Of a DNA stretch of 64,000 nt, positions 45,107-57,920 are shown in pieces. The notes below the pieces were generated by a model. That model worked only from the letters and a program-made list of their open reading frames with translations, was not told the origin of the DNA and did not search any database. A program made the position numbers and the translations under genes. The DNA lies in the NCBI GenBank assembly GCA_002269645.1, contig NIVC01000522.1:248001-312000 (forward strand), in the 5' to 3' direction. The DNA is from Macrostomum lignano. Its lineage: Eukaryota. Every line of letters begins with the position of its first letter. The stretch's first letter is position 1.

Positions 45107-48100
45107 ATGGCCTGGCAGCAAAGAAATCTATTACTCGCACTAATTATCGTATTTTTGTGTCATTCTGGAGTCACTGCCAGCAGGCACAGAAGACTCTTCG
45201 GAATTGATAATGAGCATCTCACAGAGGAAAATAGTCGTCAGTTTCATGCCGGTATTTGCAACGCTAGCCTGCCTTTAAACGATCATCTGTATCAGTTAAT
45301 TGGTTGGTGCACTAAATTAGGCCTGGGTAGGCGCTGCTTGTCGCACGGCGTGGCGGCGTGTTTATTCAAAAAGTACATCGATTTGGGCGCGAAGATTGAC
45401 GCCGCCGATGGCCTAGCTAGTGGCCTATCTAAACGCCAGCAGATATTTTGGGTAATTAAATTTAATTGTCTTGTAACTTCTTTTAAATGGACCCTTTTTT
45501 ATCTGTTTTTACCTTATCTGGATCTTTAATTTATGACTGACTAGATGGCACTTTTTATTACTAAAACAGTGGCTACTCTCATAGAGGCTCGCCTATTGGG
45601 CAAAGAGCCCAGTGGCGGCATCAAAGGTGCTGCTAGATATGGCATTACCAAGTTTATGCATCTAAGCCCAACTGAATTTCGCGGTAATTAGATTTAAGCA
45701 TCAAGCTTGCTGCTACGTACCTGCTGATGAATTTATTGACTGACTCGCGATTAATGTATTTCTTCTGATTATAAAAAAGCACAGTTCAAACCTGCTATGT
45801 GATTGCCTTCTTGCCAGCAAATCTCTGCACTGAGAATAAATTTCTTATAGCTTGAGAGTATCGATTGCTCCTATAAATTCTGTTGCAGGAATATTAACTG
45901 TAACGCAATTCAATATCATTGAGTGAAGTAATAATCTATAGAATTTCGTCATTTCGACTAAATGTAATTGTCAATTATAACTCTTCCAAATCACTTTGAT
46001 ATTTATAATGAGCTTGTAAAATTCATATCTTAATTCCATGTGCATCCAATATTGTCAAATGCATTAGAAATTTTTGTTATGAGTTATATATAAAATCAGT
46101 AGTCTGCGTCATTTCTTTTTTGTATTATTTAGAGCGCTACCTATCGTCTCTGATTGTGAATGCCAGTGCTACAAAGGTCAATAACGAGGGAACGGAGCCC
46201 AAGATCGACGGATTGCGTAAAAAGAGATCCGATTTTGTTTCGCCCGATGTGCTCTCATTTGAAGCCCGTCCGAATCGCATTGATTGGTAAGTTTATTAGT
46301 ACTATATTAGTATATTTTAGGTTATTTTCTCAATTTTGGAATTTCAAAGTTACGTCACTAAGCCAAAAAGCGGCGAGCAATTCTTGTTGACTAATAGTAA
46401 CAGCCAATCATAGTACAGCTTCATAGTACAGCCTTATTGATCCTACTATAACTAAACAAACATTCTTAACATTTTGGTAAGGCCCTTGGTTATTGGCTAG
46501 TAGAATCAGCGATAAACCCAAATAACGTTTGTTGATTTTAGTTAGCTATAGCGGTGACCCAGAAAAATCGATAATCTCACACGCCCAGCCACGCCCACCC
46601 CCACCACACGCGCCGGGCAGAATATGAGTGTAGTAAAAAACAGCTAATAGCTACAGCTCTGTGGGGGGGGGGCTGGTCGAGGGGGCTTAGAATGTTGGGA
46701 AGGGACTACTGGCCCCTGGGGCTAAGCGTTTGTTTAATCCAAAGCAAGCCCGCTAATTCAATCTGTCTGCTCTTTACCAACCCCAATTTTATCGACCGTG
46801 TTGGGCCAACAATTTCAAAATCGAATAACCCCTGAAGTGCTTACAAAGTGTAGGCCATTAAAAAGTCCGCTTACTTCACGATCACCGCAATCCTTTTTGA
46901 TGCGTAAACATTCAAATCTTTGAATTTAAGGCAGAATTTTTCGCTATCCAGTTAATATCGAAAATCCCGATTAGCGATGTGGGATTTTTATAGGTTATGT
47001 AGTTTTAATTAAAATCCGATTACTATGAACAACAAATTAAATAGTAATTATTGTACGTGTCCTTCTTCGTGTATTTCTCAAATAAATGGTACTCAGGCGC
47101 GACTCTAAAGACGTGACCAAAGTGAAGAATCAGGGCGCCTGCGGTGCCTGCTGGGCATTCGCAGTTACTGAAGTGGCCGAGAGCGAATTTGCCGCCGGAG
47201 CTTACGGCCCGCTAACCGATTTAAGCGTGCAACAGGTGACAGATTGTACGTCTGGTTCCGCCGGCTGCGGCGGCGGCGATATCTGTCACACCGCTTCATA
47301 CTACTCAGTGAGTAGCGAAATAAACTTTTTATAAACTTTAATTTCACAAGCTCGAAGTTTCACATCGTCGAGGACGAGGAGTTTTCTGATTTAGTCAATT
47401 TTATTGGTGTAAAGTTTCGAGCTTTTGCCCAATTCGATGAAATATGAAATTTCGAGTTTGTGAAAGCGAACAGTGACACACTAAAAGCGGGGGGGGGTCG
47501 AACCTCGTGCAGGCAGACTGAGACCTGACTTTTGACTTGTTTGCCTTAGTCAGTGAATCATTTCTAGTTATGTGCGAGATTTTACGATACGCATTTTTAT
47601 TCCTCTACTTCTCTCAGTAGTCTAAATTGAATCTTGTACAAGATCCATTACGACTGCATTGTTGTGATTTTTTATTAAACAAGTTTAAAATTGAATGACA
47701 CGATCAAGCTCTTTCAATTACTAAACAAAAACTCGAAAACAGCTGATTCATCTATAAACACTCAGACGCTTAATCTGACATTTCTATTTTGCTTTCATCA
47801 GCAGGGAGGTGGCGAAAGAATCGTTCAAGACAGTCTCTATCCCTATGTTGGCAAAAACGAGCCCTGCCGACAGGTTACTGGTGGCTATCAGGTTGGCACT
47901 ACTAATGTGCTGTGTCGGAAGTGAGTTGCGATCGACAGCTTTTTTGTTTATATAATTTATTGTCAAGCTTTAATGAGATTATACGATAAATATCATATTG
48001 ATTGTAAGAATTTTACTACCGAGGATACTTGACTGTCAGTGACCCTTAGCCACATATTGCCAAGACTTGCGGGGGGGGCATAGCCCAGTGGTCCAGGGCG

Positions 48101-48967
48101 GCGCTCTGATGCGCCAGCGGCCCAGGCTCGATTCCAAGTGCAGTCGCATTAATTTGGGGGCTAAATTGGAATCTCGGCTTGGCTCTGCTCGTACAATTAA
48201 CGGCCTTGAGTGGCAACCCCCAAGGCACAGTGAAGTGTACATGCCCCTAACGATAAATAAAGTTTAGGGCCGCTGCACACTCCAGTGTGAGTGTGTGCCT
48301 GTGCGTATGACTGCGTACGTATCCGCGCGCTTGTGTGCCTGCTCAGGGGAGTCGGCGGAATGGGCAGTAATGCCTCTCGCCGGTTGTGTGACGACAATGT
48401 CGCTTAAAGTGCGCCAGGTTGCACACAAGCCCCCTGCCTTTAACTGAACTAAACTTACCAAGACTTAAGATTATAACATCTTATGGCATTAACATACCAT
48501 CTAAATGTACTGTACATATATGTCCTTCGTTATTTTCACTGACAGTCAAATCTCAACTGGTAGTCAATTGTCACTTACAGTAGAATGTCAATTGTGGTTT
48601 ACATTTACGGTAGACCCAGTTTTGCCAGCCCTATCACTCGTGTCACCGGCTTTTTGTCAGCATGGTATCGAACGAGGACGCCCTCCTTGACCATCTGTGG
48701 CGCCGCGGCACCGCTGCCGTAGCAGTGGACGCTCACATGTGGCAGTACTACGTAGACGGGACCATCGTGCACAACTGCGACACCCAGTTGGATCACGCCG
48801 TTCAGATTGTTGGCTACGATCTAACTAGCGATACTGTGCCATTCTATCTGGTGCGTAACTCCTGGGGCTCCGACTGGGGCATGTCAGGCTTCCTGCAGAT
48901 CGCACAGGGCCTTAATATGTGCGGCATTGCCAAACAGGTTGTCACGTTTGGCGTTTCAACTGATTGA
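45107..48967 (+). CDS. CTSO: Cathepsin O-like papain-family protease (424 aa); exons 45107-45451, 45545-45683, 46133-46286, 47097-47307, 47802-47920, 48661-48967
   Basis: Signal peptide; I29-type prodomain (KRQQIF, ARYGITKFMHLSPTEF); IDWR, QGACGACWAF (catalytic Cys), LSVQQVTDC (as in CTSO), LDHAV (His), RNSWG (Asn). Intron phases 0, 1, 2, 0, 2 are consistent. Confidence 0.88.
48071..48460 (+). mobile_element. Probable tRNA-derived SINE in cathepsin intron 5
   Basis: A box TAGCCCAGTGG (48081-48091) and B box GGCTCGATTCC (48125-48135), then about 300 bp of GC-rich body. The 3' end is approximate. Confidence 0.6.
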
Positions 48968-49829
48968 CAGAGTTTGAACAATCCGTATATGCTACTCTTA
49001 AGTAGCTGTATAGAGACTGGTTATTAATTTCGTTAGATCTGTAGGAAGCAGCCCATTGAAACGTTACCGCGACAAGAATCGCGAAAGAATCATTGTGAAC
49101 AACTGACTAGGCGACTCACTCTTGTGACTTTTTACGATTCTAACGACTCTAATGCGACGGAGAGTCGGTTGTTAAGTCGGTTGTTAAGTTGTACTACTGG
49201 ACTACTCAAGTAGACTAAATAGAGTTGTTATAAATGCGAAATTCATAAAGTGACACAGATGCGCTTTGGACGCAACTATTATATATTAATTTATTATTAA
49301 TTATAATATATCACACATGAAATGACGAACTTCAAACGTTTTTTTTTAGTATTAACAATCTGGACGCACAGTGCCAAACTGTCTTTGCAAGGTGATTCAT
49401 GTCGCAATCGCTTTTAATTCAATACGATTTTCGGTTAATTTATATTATGGCATATTATTTCTCAATAGCTGCCAAAGTTGAAGTGCCCTAGTTTTTTATT
49501 TGTCTGATAATTTAACTATTTTTAATATTTTTTCTTTCAGTTACGGTATTATTCAAAGAAAATTATTTGTTTCGCTAAAAGATACACATTATAATTTTTT
49601 ATCAACTAACGTGATGATTAATTGAAATAAATAGAGGTAGTGCTTCATTTCTTCAAATTGTGTGGCTGTGTAAGATATAAAAGAGAGCTAGTAAATACCT
49701 TTAAGCTCCAGAAGAAACTTTAAGCTTTATAAGGTGACTGTAAGCCTCATAATTGATTTAACAGTCAAATGAATCCTGTAAGTTGGGAGCTGTCTTCAAA
49801 ACTCCGATAGACTGCTTAATGGATGGTTA

Positions 49830-50550
49830 CTGATTGGACTTTAAGCTCCAGGATTGGACTGTAAGCTCCAGAATTGGACTGTAAGCTCCAGGATTGGACT
49901 GCAAGCTCCAGTATTGGACTGCAAGCTCCAGGAGAGTACTGTAAGCTCCAGGATTGGACTGCAAGCTCCAGTATTGGACTGCAAGCTCCAGGAGAGTACT
50001 GTAAGCTTTATAATTGGACTGCAAGCTCCAGGAGAGTACTGTAAGCTTTATAATTGGACTGCAAGCTCCAGGAGAGTACTGTAAGCTTTATAATTGGACT
50101 GCAAGCTCCAGGAGAGTACTGTAAGCTTTATAATTGGACTGCAAGCTCCAGGAGAGAACTGCAAGCTCCAGGAGAGAACTGCAAGCTCCAGGAGAGAACT
50201 GCAAGCTCCAGGAGAGAACTGCAAGCTCCAGGAGAGAACTGGAAGCTTCAGAATTGGACTGTAAGCTCCACGATTGGACTGTAAGCTCCAGGATTGGACT
50301 GTAAGCTCCAGGATTGGACTGTAAGCTCCAGGATTGGACTGTAAGCTTTTTGATTGGATTGCAAGCTCCAGGAGAGAATTGGAAGCTCCAGGAGAGAACT
50401 GGAAGCTCCAGGAGAGAATTGGAAGCTTCAGGAGAGAACTGGAAGCTTCAGGAGAGAACTGGAAGCTTCAGGAGAGAACTGGAAGCTTCAGAATTGGACT
50501 GCAAGCTCCAGGAGAGAGAACTGTAAGCTCCAAAATTGGATTGTAAGCTC
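49830..50550. repeat. 20-bp minisatellite (GCAAGCTCCAGGATTGGACT / ..GGAGAGAACT)
   Basis: Direct. Confidence 0.95.
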
Positions 50551-51266
50551 CGGGGTCGAATCGTTAGTATCGTGTTCGCAAAGAAACGCAAAATGCACAT
50601 TTTTAGCAGCAAATGATTAATCAAGCATTTGCTAAAATTTCTGTACGTGTGTATATTGTTGTTGAATTACAGGTATATTGTGTTAAATAATTTATGACTG
50701 AGTAAACATTGAAACGCAGGTGTATGATTAAAACAAAGTTACAAAATCGACTTAGATTAAGCTGCATAGGCTTGTTGGTTGTTATACTGGGTTATTTGTT
50801 GACAATTTTGCTGGTAGCAATCAGTGCACTCTTGTGACGAGTGGCTTTGCATTAATTCCGGCATTATTTCAGCACTGTAAAATTGGTATTTATAAGTTGA
50901 CAAACTGTTTAAATATCAAAAAAAATCCAAAGGTTCAAGAAACGAAAGGAATTTATAATAACAGCAAAGTTATTTCGGAGATAGTAAGCGTGTTAAATAA
51001 AAAAGAAGTATAATATCCCACAGCTAATAATTAATTGATATCTCCGAGTAGCTTTAGACAAATTATAGACTAATTTTAAATGAGAGCAGATCAAACCCGC
51101 CGCATAGAAATCGCTAACTAATTAAGAATTAATAGAAGAATAACATTAATATTAGTATCGAAGAAGAGGAGTCGTTCGTGTCAAAAAAGGCCAAATTTAG
51201 TTTGTAAAATCAATCAATCAGATTACTTTTTTGGTCCTCGATGCTACACACTGTATATAGGCAGCC

Positions 51267-51467
51267 TCAGAGCAGCATGCAGCCTCCCTTTTCCTGGAAT
51301 GGATTGTCCTTCTTGGACGCGAAACCGGACACGATGAAATCCTTGTCCTTGTTGCTTTCCATAAACTGAACCATGTCCCGGACACACTCGGACACCGGCT
51401 TGCGGGCCATGCCGGCCTCAACTCGGAGCTGCTCAACAATTTTCTTCTGCTGAGCGATGGAGGACAT
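51267..51467 (-). CDS. Heterotrimeric G-protein gamma subunit (66 aa)
   Basis: KKIVEQLRVEA..R.PVSEC...D.....F....NPFQEKGG ending in the CaaX motif CMLL. A 78-bp 5'UTR intron spans 51478-51555. Confidence 0.93.
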   Translation of the reverse strand: MSSIAQQKKIVEQLRVEAGMARKPVSECVRDMVQFMESNKDKDFIVSGFASKKDNPFQEKGGCMLL

Positions 51468-51885
51468 TTTTCGGAGGCTGGAAAACAGTTATTAGATAGA
51501 TTGCTAGAGATCCGATTTACTTTTAGTAACACCTTTTAAAGAAAAATTCGCATACCTGTGAGTAGTCCCTGAAGGTGCCTGCTATACTGCTGCAGCTGTG
51601 GTACACGATTTTTTTAAGGCTGTCTTGACTAAAGGACTTGGGCCAAAAATATTCTAAAATGCTCTAATATTGCCTTCAGCCACTGGGGGGGGGGTATGGG
51701 GTGGGGATGGAAACGACGAAGGCTTTGGAAGGCCACTCCCAGTTTTGCTATGTCTTCCTTCCCCCCTCTCCCCATGGCTACAACCCCTCCTAGCAGTTGG
51801 CGGTCCTGGGCTGTACAGTCAGCCATTCAAGGACACCCGGAGTCAGAAACTGGAGTGCTTTTCACTGCATGAGTTTTCTTTCTAA

Positions 51886-52911
51886 TGCGCCAATTCAGCT
51901 CCACAGGCTAGATTTTAGCGCCGATTCAGCTCCACAGGCTAGATTTTAGCGCCGATTCAGCTCCACAGGCTAGATTTTAGCGCCGATTCAGCTCCACAGG
52001 CTAGATTTTAGCGCCAATTCAGCTCCACAGGCTAGATTTTAGCGCCGATTCAGCTCCACAGGCTAGATTTTAGCGCCAATTCAGCTCCACAGGCTAGATT
52101 TTAGCGCCGATTCAGCTCGACAGGCTAGATTTTAGCGCCAATTCAGCGCCACAGAAAGCTAGATTTTAGCGCCAATTCAGCTCCACAGGCTAGATTTTAG
52201 CGCCAATTCAGCGCCACAGAAGGCTAGATTTTAGCGCCAATTCAGTGCCACATAAGGCTAGATTTTAGCGCCAATTCAGCTCCACAGGCTAGATTTTAGC
52301 GCCGATTCAGCTCTATTTTGCTAGATTTTAGCGCCGATTCAGCTCCACAGGCTAGATTTTAGCGCCAATTCAGCTCCACAGGCTAGATTTTAGCGCCAAT
52401 TCAGCTCCACAGGCTAGATTTTAGCGCCAATTCAGCTCCACAGGCTAGATTTTAGCGCCAATTCAGCTCCACAGGCTAGATTTTAGCGCCAATTCAGCTC
52501 CACTTTGCTAGATTTTAGCGCCAATTCAGCGCCACAGAAGGCTAGATTTTAGCGCCAATTCAGTGCCACAGAAGGCTAGATTTTAGCGCCAATTCAGCTC
52601 CACAGGCTGGATTTTAGCGCCAATTCAGCTCCACAGGCTAGATTTTAGCGCCAATTCAGCTCCACAGGCTAGATTTTAGCGCCAATTCAGCTCCACAGGC
52701 TAGATTTTAGCGCCAATTCAGCTCCACTTTGCTAGATTTTAGCGCCAATTCAGCGCCACAGAAGGCTAGATTTTAGCGCCAATTCAGTGCCACAGAAGGC
52801 TAGATTTTAGCGCCAATTCAGCTCCACAGGCTGGATTTTAGCGCCAATTCAGCTCCACAGGCTAGATTTTAGCGCCAATTCAGCGCCACAGAAGGCTAGA
52901 TTTTAGCGCCA
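51886..52911. repeat. 30-bp minisatellite (CAGCTCCACAGGCTAGATTTTAGCGCCAATT-type), about 33 copies
   Basis: Direct. Probably within a G-gamma 5'UTR intron. Confidence 0.97.
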
Positions 52912-53295
52912 AATGCTAAACTCAAAACGTTTAATTCAGAGTTTTAATGGTCGATCAAGATTATTTGTCGGTCTTCTACGACCTTTTGACTTCCTACTCC
53001 AGTTTTTCGTTTGTGACCTCCTTGACTCCCGGCTTTTGCCTTCTCCTATCCCTTTCCCTCTATCCCTCACGCGCATACAAGCTATATTTCTGGAATCTTT
53101 GCTTCATAAATTTGCTCACTGAGTGTACGGCAGCAGCAGGACATGGGGGTGTGTGAGTGTGCACTGCCCATAGCTATGTACAGTCTTTGACTAACTAAAG
53201 GCTTGTGGATCTTTTCTGTTCCTCCTCTCTCTCTTTACTAATCCCTATCCCTCAGCCAGAAGGGATTAGTGTACACCCGGTTTAACTTGCAGTTC

Positions 53296-53297
<2 letters not shown>

Positions 53298-53379
<82 letters not shown>
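53298..53379. repeat. (CT)n microsatellite, about 41 units
   Basis: Direct. Confidence 0.98.
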
Positions 53380-53381
<2 letters not shown>

Positions 53382-54114
53382 GTCTTTCTCTTTGACGAAA
53401 ATCGATCGATATTATCCCCCCCCTCCAGAAGCACCAACCCTCCACCCTCAGACCTCGCCTCTTACTAATAATATATTTCCTCCTCCCTTACTTGCCTCCT
53501 CCCAGATCCCCACCTTCCTGTTTGAGATGGTGTACGAAGGATCTGCAGGCGGGATTTGCGCATGCATAGGGAGCTGCATGTTCAACCAATGGCAGGATGG
53601 GGCGTAATCCCCTATATTAAGCATATATTAGCATATATTCCATAGGCAATAGTAGCCAAATACACACAGACTCATCATGCATTGACATCGACCTTCATTT
53701 TTTAATCAATCTCAACTATATAAGCTACCTTCCCAATTCTCCACTGCTCAGAGAAGCGAGGTCTGGCAGCTCTTTGCTTATCTTTCGATCCCTTCTCTTC
53801 TCAAACCTTCCAGCTCCTCTTTCTCTCTCCTTCCCAGACCCTATCAGAACCTGTCAGCAAAGAGGCTTTAAAATTTGAGCCAGGGTTTGATCACCTCGCC
53901 CTTATTTTGGCTTCGTCTTTGTCTGCCACAGTTTTCCCACAGACCCGGGAGCAGCCAGGCGTTTTAACAAAGTTTTTTTTATCTTGCAGAACTGTAAATT
54001 CTATTCTGGAATTTGAGACTGGTGAGTCTTTTTAGCTAGATTTCTGTAGTTTTTTATTAATTTGATTCTGCTTTGATGCTGGATGTGCGTTCGCTTGGCG
54101 CTTGTTTCGTAGGA

Positions 54115-54830
54115 TATGGCGCCCTTGTGTCTCAGATTGTGGCGCCTATCGTGTCTTAAATTGTGGCGCCCTTGTGTCTTAGATTGTGGCGCCTTTTGTT
54201 ATCTTAGATTGTGGCGCCCTTGTGTCTTAGATTGTGGCGCCTCTCGTGTCTCAGATTGTGGCGCCCTTGTGTCTTAGATTGTGGCGCCCTTGTGTCTCAG
54301 ATTTTGGAACCTCTCGTGACTTACATTGTGGTGCCTTTTGTTATCTTAGATTGTGGCGCCCTTGTGTCTTAGATTGTGGCGCCTCTCGTGTCTCAGATTG
54401 TGGCGCCTATCGTGTCTTAAATTGTGGCGCCCTTGTGTCTTAGATTGTGGCGCCTTTTGTTATCTTAGATTGTGGCGCCCTTGTGTCTTAGATTGTGGCG
54501 CCCTTGTGTCTTAGATTGTGGCGCCTTTTGTTATCTTAGATTGTGGCGCCTCTCGTGTCTTAGACTGTGGCGCCCTTGTGTCTTAGACTGTGGCGCCTCT
54601 CGTTTCTTAGATTGTGGTGCCTTTTGTTATCTTAGATTGTGGCGCCTCTTGTTATTTTAGATTGTGGCACCGTGTCTCAGATTGTGGTGCCTTTTGTTAT
54701 CTTAGATTGTTACGCCTCTCGTGTATTAGATTGTAGCGCCTCTTCTCAGATTGTGGCGCCTCTCGTGTCTCAGATTGTGACGCCTCCTTGTTTCTCAGAT
54801 TGTGGCGCCTTTTGTGTCTCAGATTGTGTG
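54115..54830. repeat. About 22-23-bp minisatellite (AGATTGTGGCGCCCTTGTGTCTT) upstream of the USP start codon
   Basis: Direct. It lies between a donor at 54022 and an acceptor at 54867. Confidence 0.95.
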
Positions 54831-54874
54831 GGAGATATTCATTTGACACCGAAATCGAATCCCTCAGATTCCGC

Positions 54875-56401
54875 ATGGCAACCAGCACCAGCGGTGAGCA
54901 GCAGCACCAAGGCCGGAAGGTGCTCATCGGCATCGACCGCAGCCAGCACAGCGAGCGCGGCCTCCGGTTCTACGCCGAGCACATCAAACGCGACACCGAC
55001 CAGGTGATCTTCGCCAACGTCAGTGAGCCGCCGGAGGTGGCCATCGGTTTCGGCATGGCTGGGGTGGCAGCCGGGGAGGTGTACGCCAAGGCCGTGGAGG
55101 AGAAAGTGGCCGAGGCCAAGCAGCTGGCCGGTCACGTGCGCGAGCTCTGCCAGTCGCTGGGCATCGCGCACATTCGCTTCTTGGAGCGTATTGCCCACGG
55201 CACCGGGCAGGTTTGTGGCCTTTAGTTATGCGTTTTATCGATACATATCGGCGAGTAGCCGACGTTTGCGTCTGACTGGCCTCGCGTCCGACTCTCACCA
55301 GCAGCACCATTCATTTACAGCCATGAGGTCCAACCCCCATGGCACAGAGATTGTACATGTCTGACGATTAGAAAGTCACGATCGCTGTGCACCCAGTGTG
55401 AGCGTGTGTGAGTGCTATGGGGCTTCAGTACCATGATAAGGGCGCCAGCATTAGGAGATTTAGCACCAGGGGCTTTAGCACCAGGAGATTTAGCACCAGG
55501 GGCTTTAGCACCAGGGGCTTTAGCACCAGGGGCTTTAGCACTAGGAGATTCAGCACCAGGAGATTCAGCACTAGGAGATTCAGCACCAGGAGATTCAGCA
55601 CCAGGAGATGTAGCACCAGGAGATTCAGCACCAGGAGATTTAGAACCAGGGGCTTTAGCACCAGGGGCTTTAGCACCAGGGGCTTTAGCACCAGGGGCTT
55701 TAGCACCAGGGGCTTTAGAACCAGGGGCTTTAGCACCAGGAGATTTAGCACCAGGGGCTTTAGAACCAGGAGATTTAGCACCAGGGGCTTTAGCACCAGG
55801 AGATTTAGCACCAGGGGCTTTAGAACCAGGAGATTTAGCACCAGGGGCTTTAGAACCAGGAGATTTAGCACCAGGGGCTTTAGCACCAGGAGATTTAGCA
55901 CCAGGGGCTTTAGAACCAGGAGATTTAGCACCAGGGGCTTTAGAACCAGGAGATTTAGCACCAGGGGCTTTAGCACCAGGAGCTTTAGAACCAGGGGCTT
56001 TTGCACCAGGGGCGCCAGCACCAGAGGCGCCAGCACCAGAGGCGCCAGCACCAGGGGCGCCAGCACCAGGGGCGCCAGCACGAGGGTGTTAAGTCAGGAT
56101 ATTTTGAAGGTTAACTCTTTCAGGTACCACATGCATGAAAAAACGCTCTATATATTTTACTACTCTACTTCTTCTGCCAATTTAAAAAAGTCGAACACGA
56201 GCCTCATCCTTGTACTTCTTCAACGCTGCAACGCAGGCCATCGTGCAAATCGCTGATGAGGAAGACGTCGCCCTCATCGTGATGGGCTCGCGCGGAATCG
56301 GGAAGCTGCGCAGGGCCTTCCTGGGCTCTGTCAGCGACTACGTGCTGCACCACGCCCATCGGCCTGTCACCATCGTGCCGCCGCCTGAGGATGAAGATTA
56401 A
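54875..56401 (+). CDS. Universal stress protein (UspA domain, 166 aa); exons 54875-55210 and 56237-56401
   Basis: KVLIGIDRSQHSERGL...; AIVQIADEEDVALIVMGSRGIGKLRRAFLGSVSDYVLHHAHRPVTIVP carries the G-2x-G-9x-GS ATP-binding motif. Phase-0 intron. Confidence 0.93.
55440..56085. repeat. 15-bp minisatellite (GG[GG/AG][C/A]TTTAG[C/A]ACCA) in the USP intron
   Basis: Direct. Confidence 0.96.
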
Positions 56402-56594
56402 TTAGGGATCTGACTGAACTCAGCTGCCTCTGCGCGACTGCTCTGCGGAATTATTAAAGTGCAGATCTTCAAGATATAATCCCTAGTAATCCTTGTGCTC
56501 TTTTACCTTGGGGTTGCGATAGGGGCCTCGCGGCCTATTAGCGGCACCTGCGCCCCCCGTCAGTAGTAAGTAAGTTACTAGGGATGAGAAAAGT

Positions 56595-57085
56595 GGGACT
56601 TTGAGAAATCGATAAACTCATTAGGGATGAGATTTTGAGAAATCGATAATCTCAACAGGGGTGAGATTTTGAGAAATCGATAATCTCATTAGGGGTGAGA
56701 TTTTGAGAAATCGATAATCTCATCAGGGGTGAGATTTTGAGAAATCGATAATCTCATTGTGAGTGAGATTTTGAGAAATCGATAATCTCAACAGGGGTGA
56801 GATTTTGAGAAATCGATAATCTCATCAGGGGTGAGATTTTGAGAAATCGATAATCTGATTAAGAGCGAGATTTTGAGAAATCGATAATCTCCTTAGGGAT
56901 GCAGTGATTTTGAGAAATCGATAATCTCAACAGGGGTGAGATTTATAGAAATCGATAATCTCATTAGGGGTGAGATTTTGATAAATCGATAATCTCCTTA
57001 GGGATGCAGAGATTTTGATAAATCGATAATCTCATTAGGAATACAGAGATTTTAATAAATCGATAATCTCATTAAGGGTGAGACT
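56595..57085. repeat. About 39-bp minisatellite (GAGATTTTGAGAAATCGATAATCTCA...)
   Basis: Direct. Confidence 0.93.
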
Positions 57086-57644
57086 TTGAGGTTGATATTA
57101 GGCAGTTTCTCTAAATTATTATCCTTTTCGTTAGCCAGGAATTTGTTTTACTCTTATGCTTCTGTATTTCTATCAGAACTGCAGCGCTTGACCGAATTTT
57201 CGAAATACTTTACCTCACCGATCTGTCACAGTTTCGCTTATAAACAGTTCATATTAAAAAATGGCCAGTTATATTTCAATTTTCTTTGTTTAATTTTTCC
57301 TCTTTGCTTTGTTTAAGTTTCCAACTATGCTACTTATAGTAAGCGAATGCTAATTTTGCCTATTTTTAGCTTAGAAAAATGGTGTAATAATTTATTAACC
57401 TAATTATAGTAATAAAATTGCGTTTTTATTTCGTCGCAGTACAGTCATGGCACATGGATATTGTCTGTTTGTCTTGCGATGCACTTTTAAGTTTACTATG
57501 AACTTGGCGTTTGCACTTTCTGTACAATTACAAATTACATTAAACAGGTTAACCTTCTTCGCTTAGCAGCTATTGGTGAAAATGTCTTTAGTGTTTTCAG
57601 ATTTAATTCTCTTTTAGATAATTGTCTAACATTGTCTAACTCTC

Positions 57645-57920
57645 CTATATCTAACAGTGTGAGCCTCCAATATCTAACTGTGTGACACTCCTATATCTAA
57701 CAGTGTGACTCTTCAATATCTAACAGTGTGACTCTCCAATATCTAACAGTGTGACTCTCCAATATCTAACAGTGTGACTCTTCAATATCTAACAGTGTGA
57801 CTCTCCAATATCTAACAGTGTGACTCTCCAATATCTAACAGTGTGACTCTCCTATATCTAACAGTGTGACTCTCCAATATCTAACAGTGTGACTCTCCAA
57901 TATCTAACAGTGTGACTCTA
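57645..57920. repeat. 23-bp minisatellite (TCTAACAGTGTGACTCTCCAATA)
   Basis: Direct. Confidence 0.95.

Noticed and set aside
55412-56092. 226-aa GALAP/GDLAP elastin- or collagen-like ORF
   Set aside because: It lies inside the USP intron. A 15-bp unit keeps several frames open on both strands, and it starts with a non-ATG codon.
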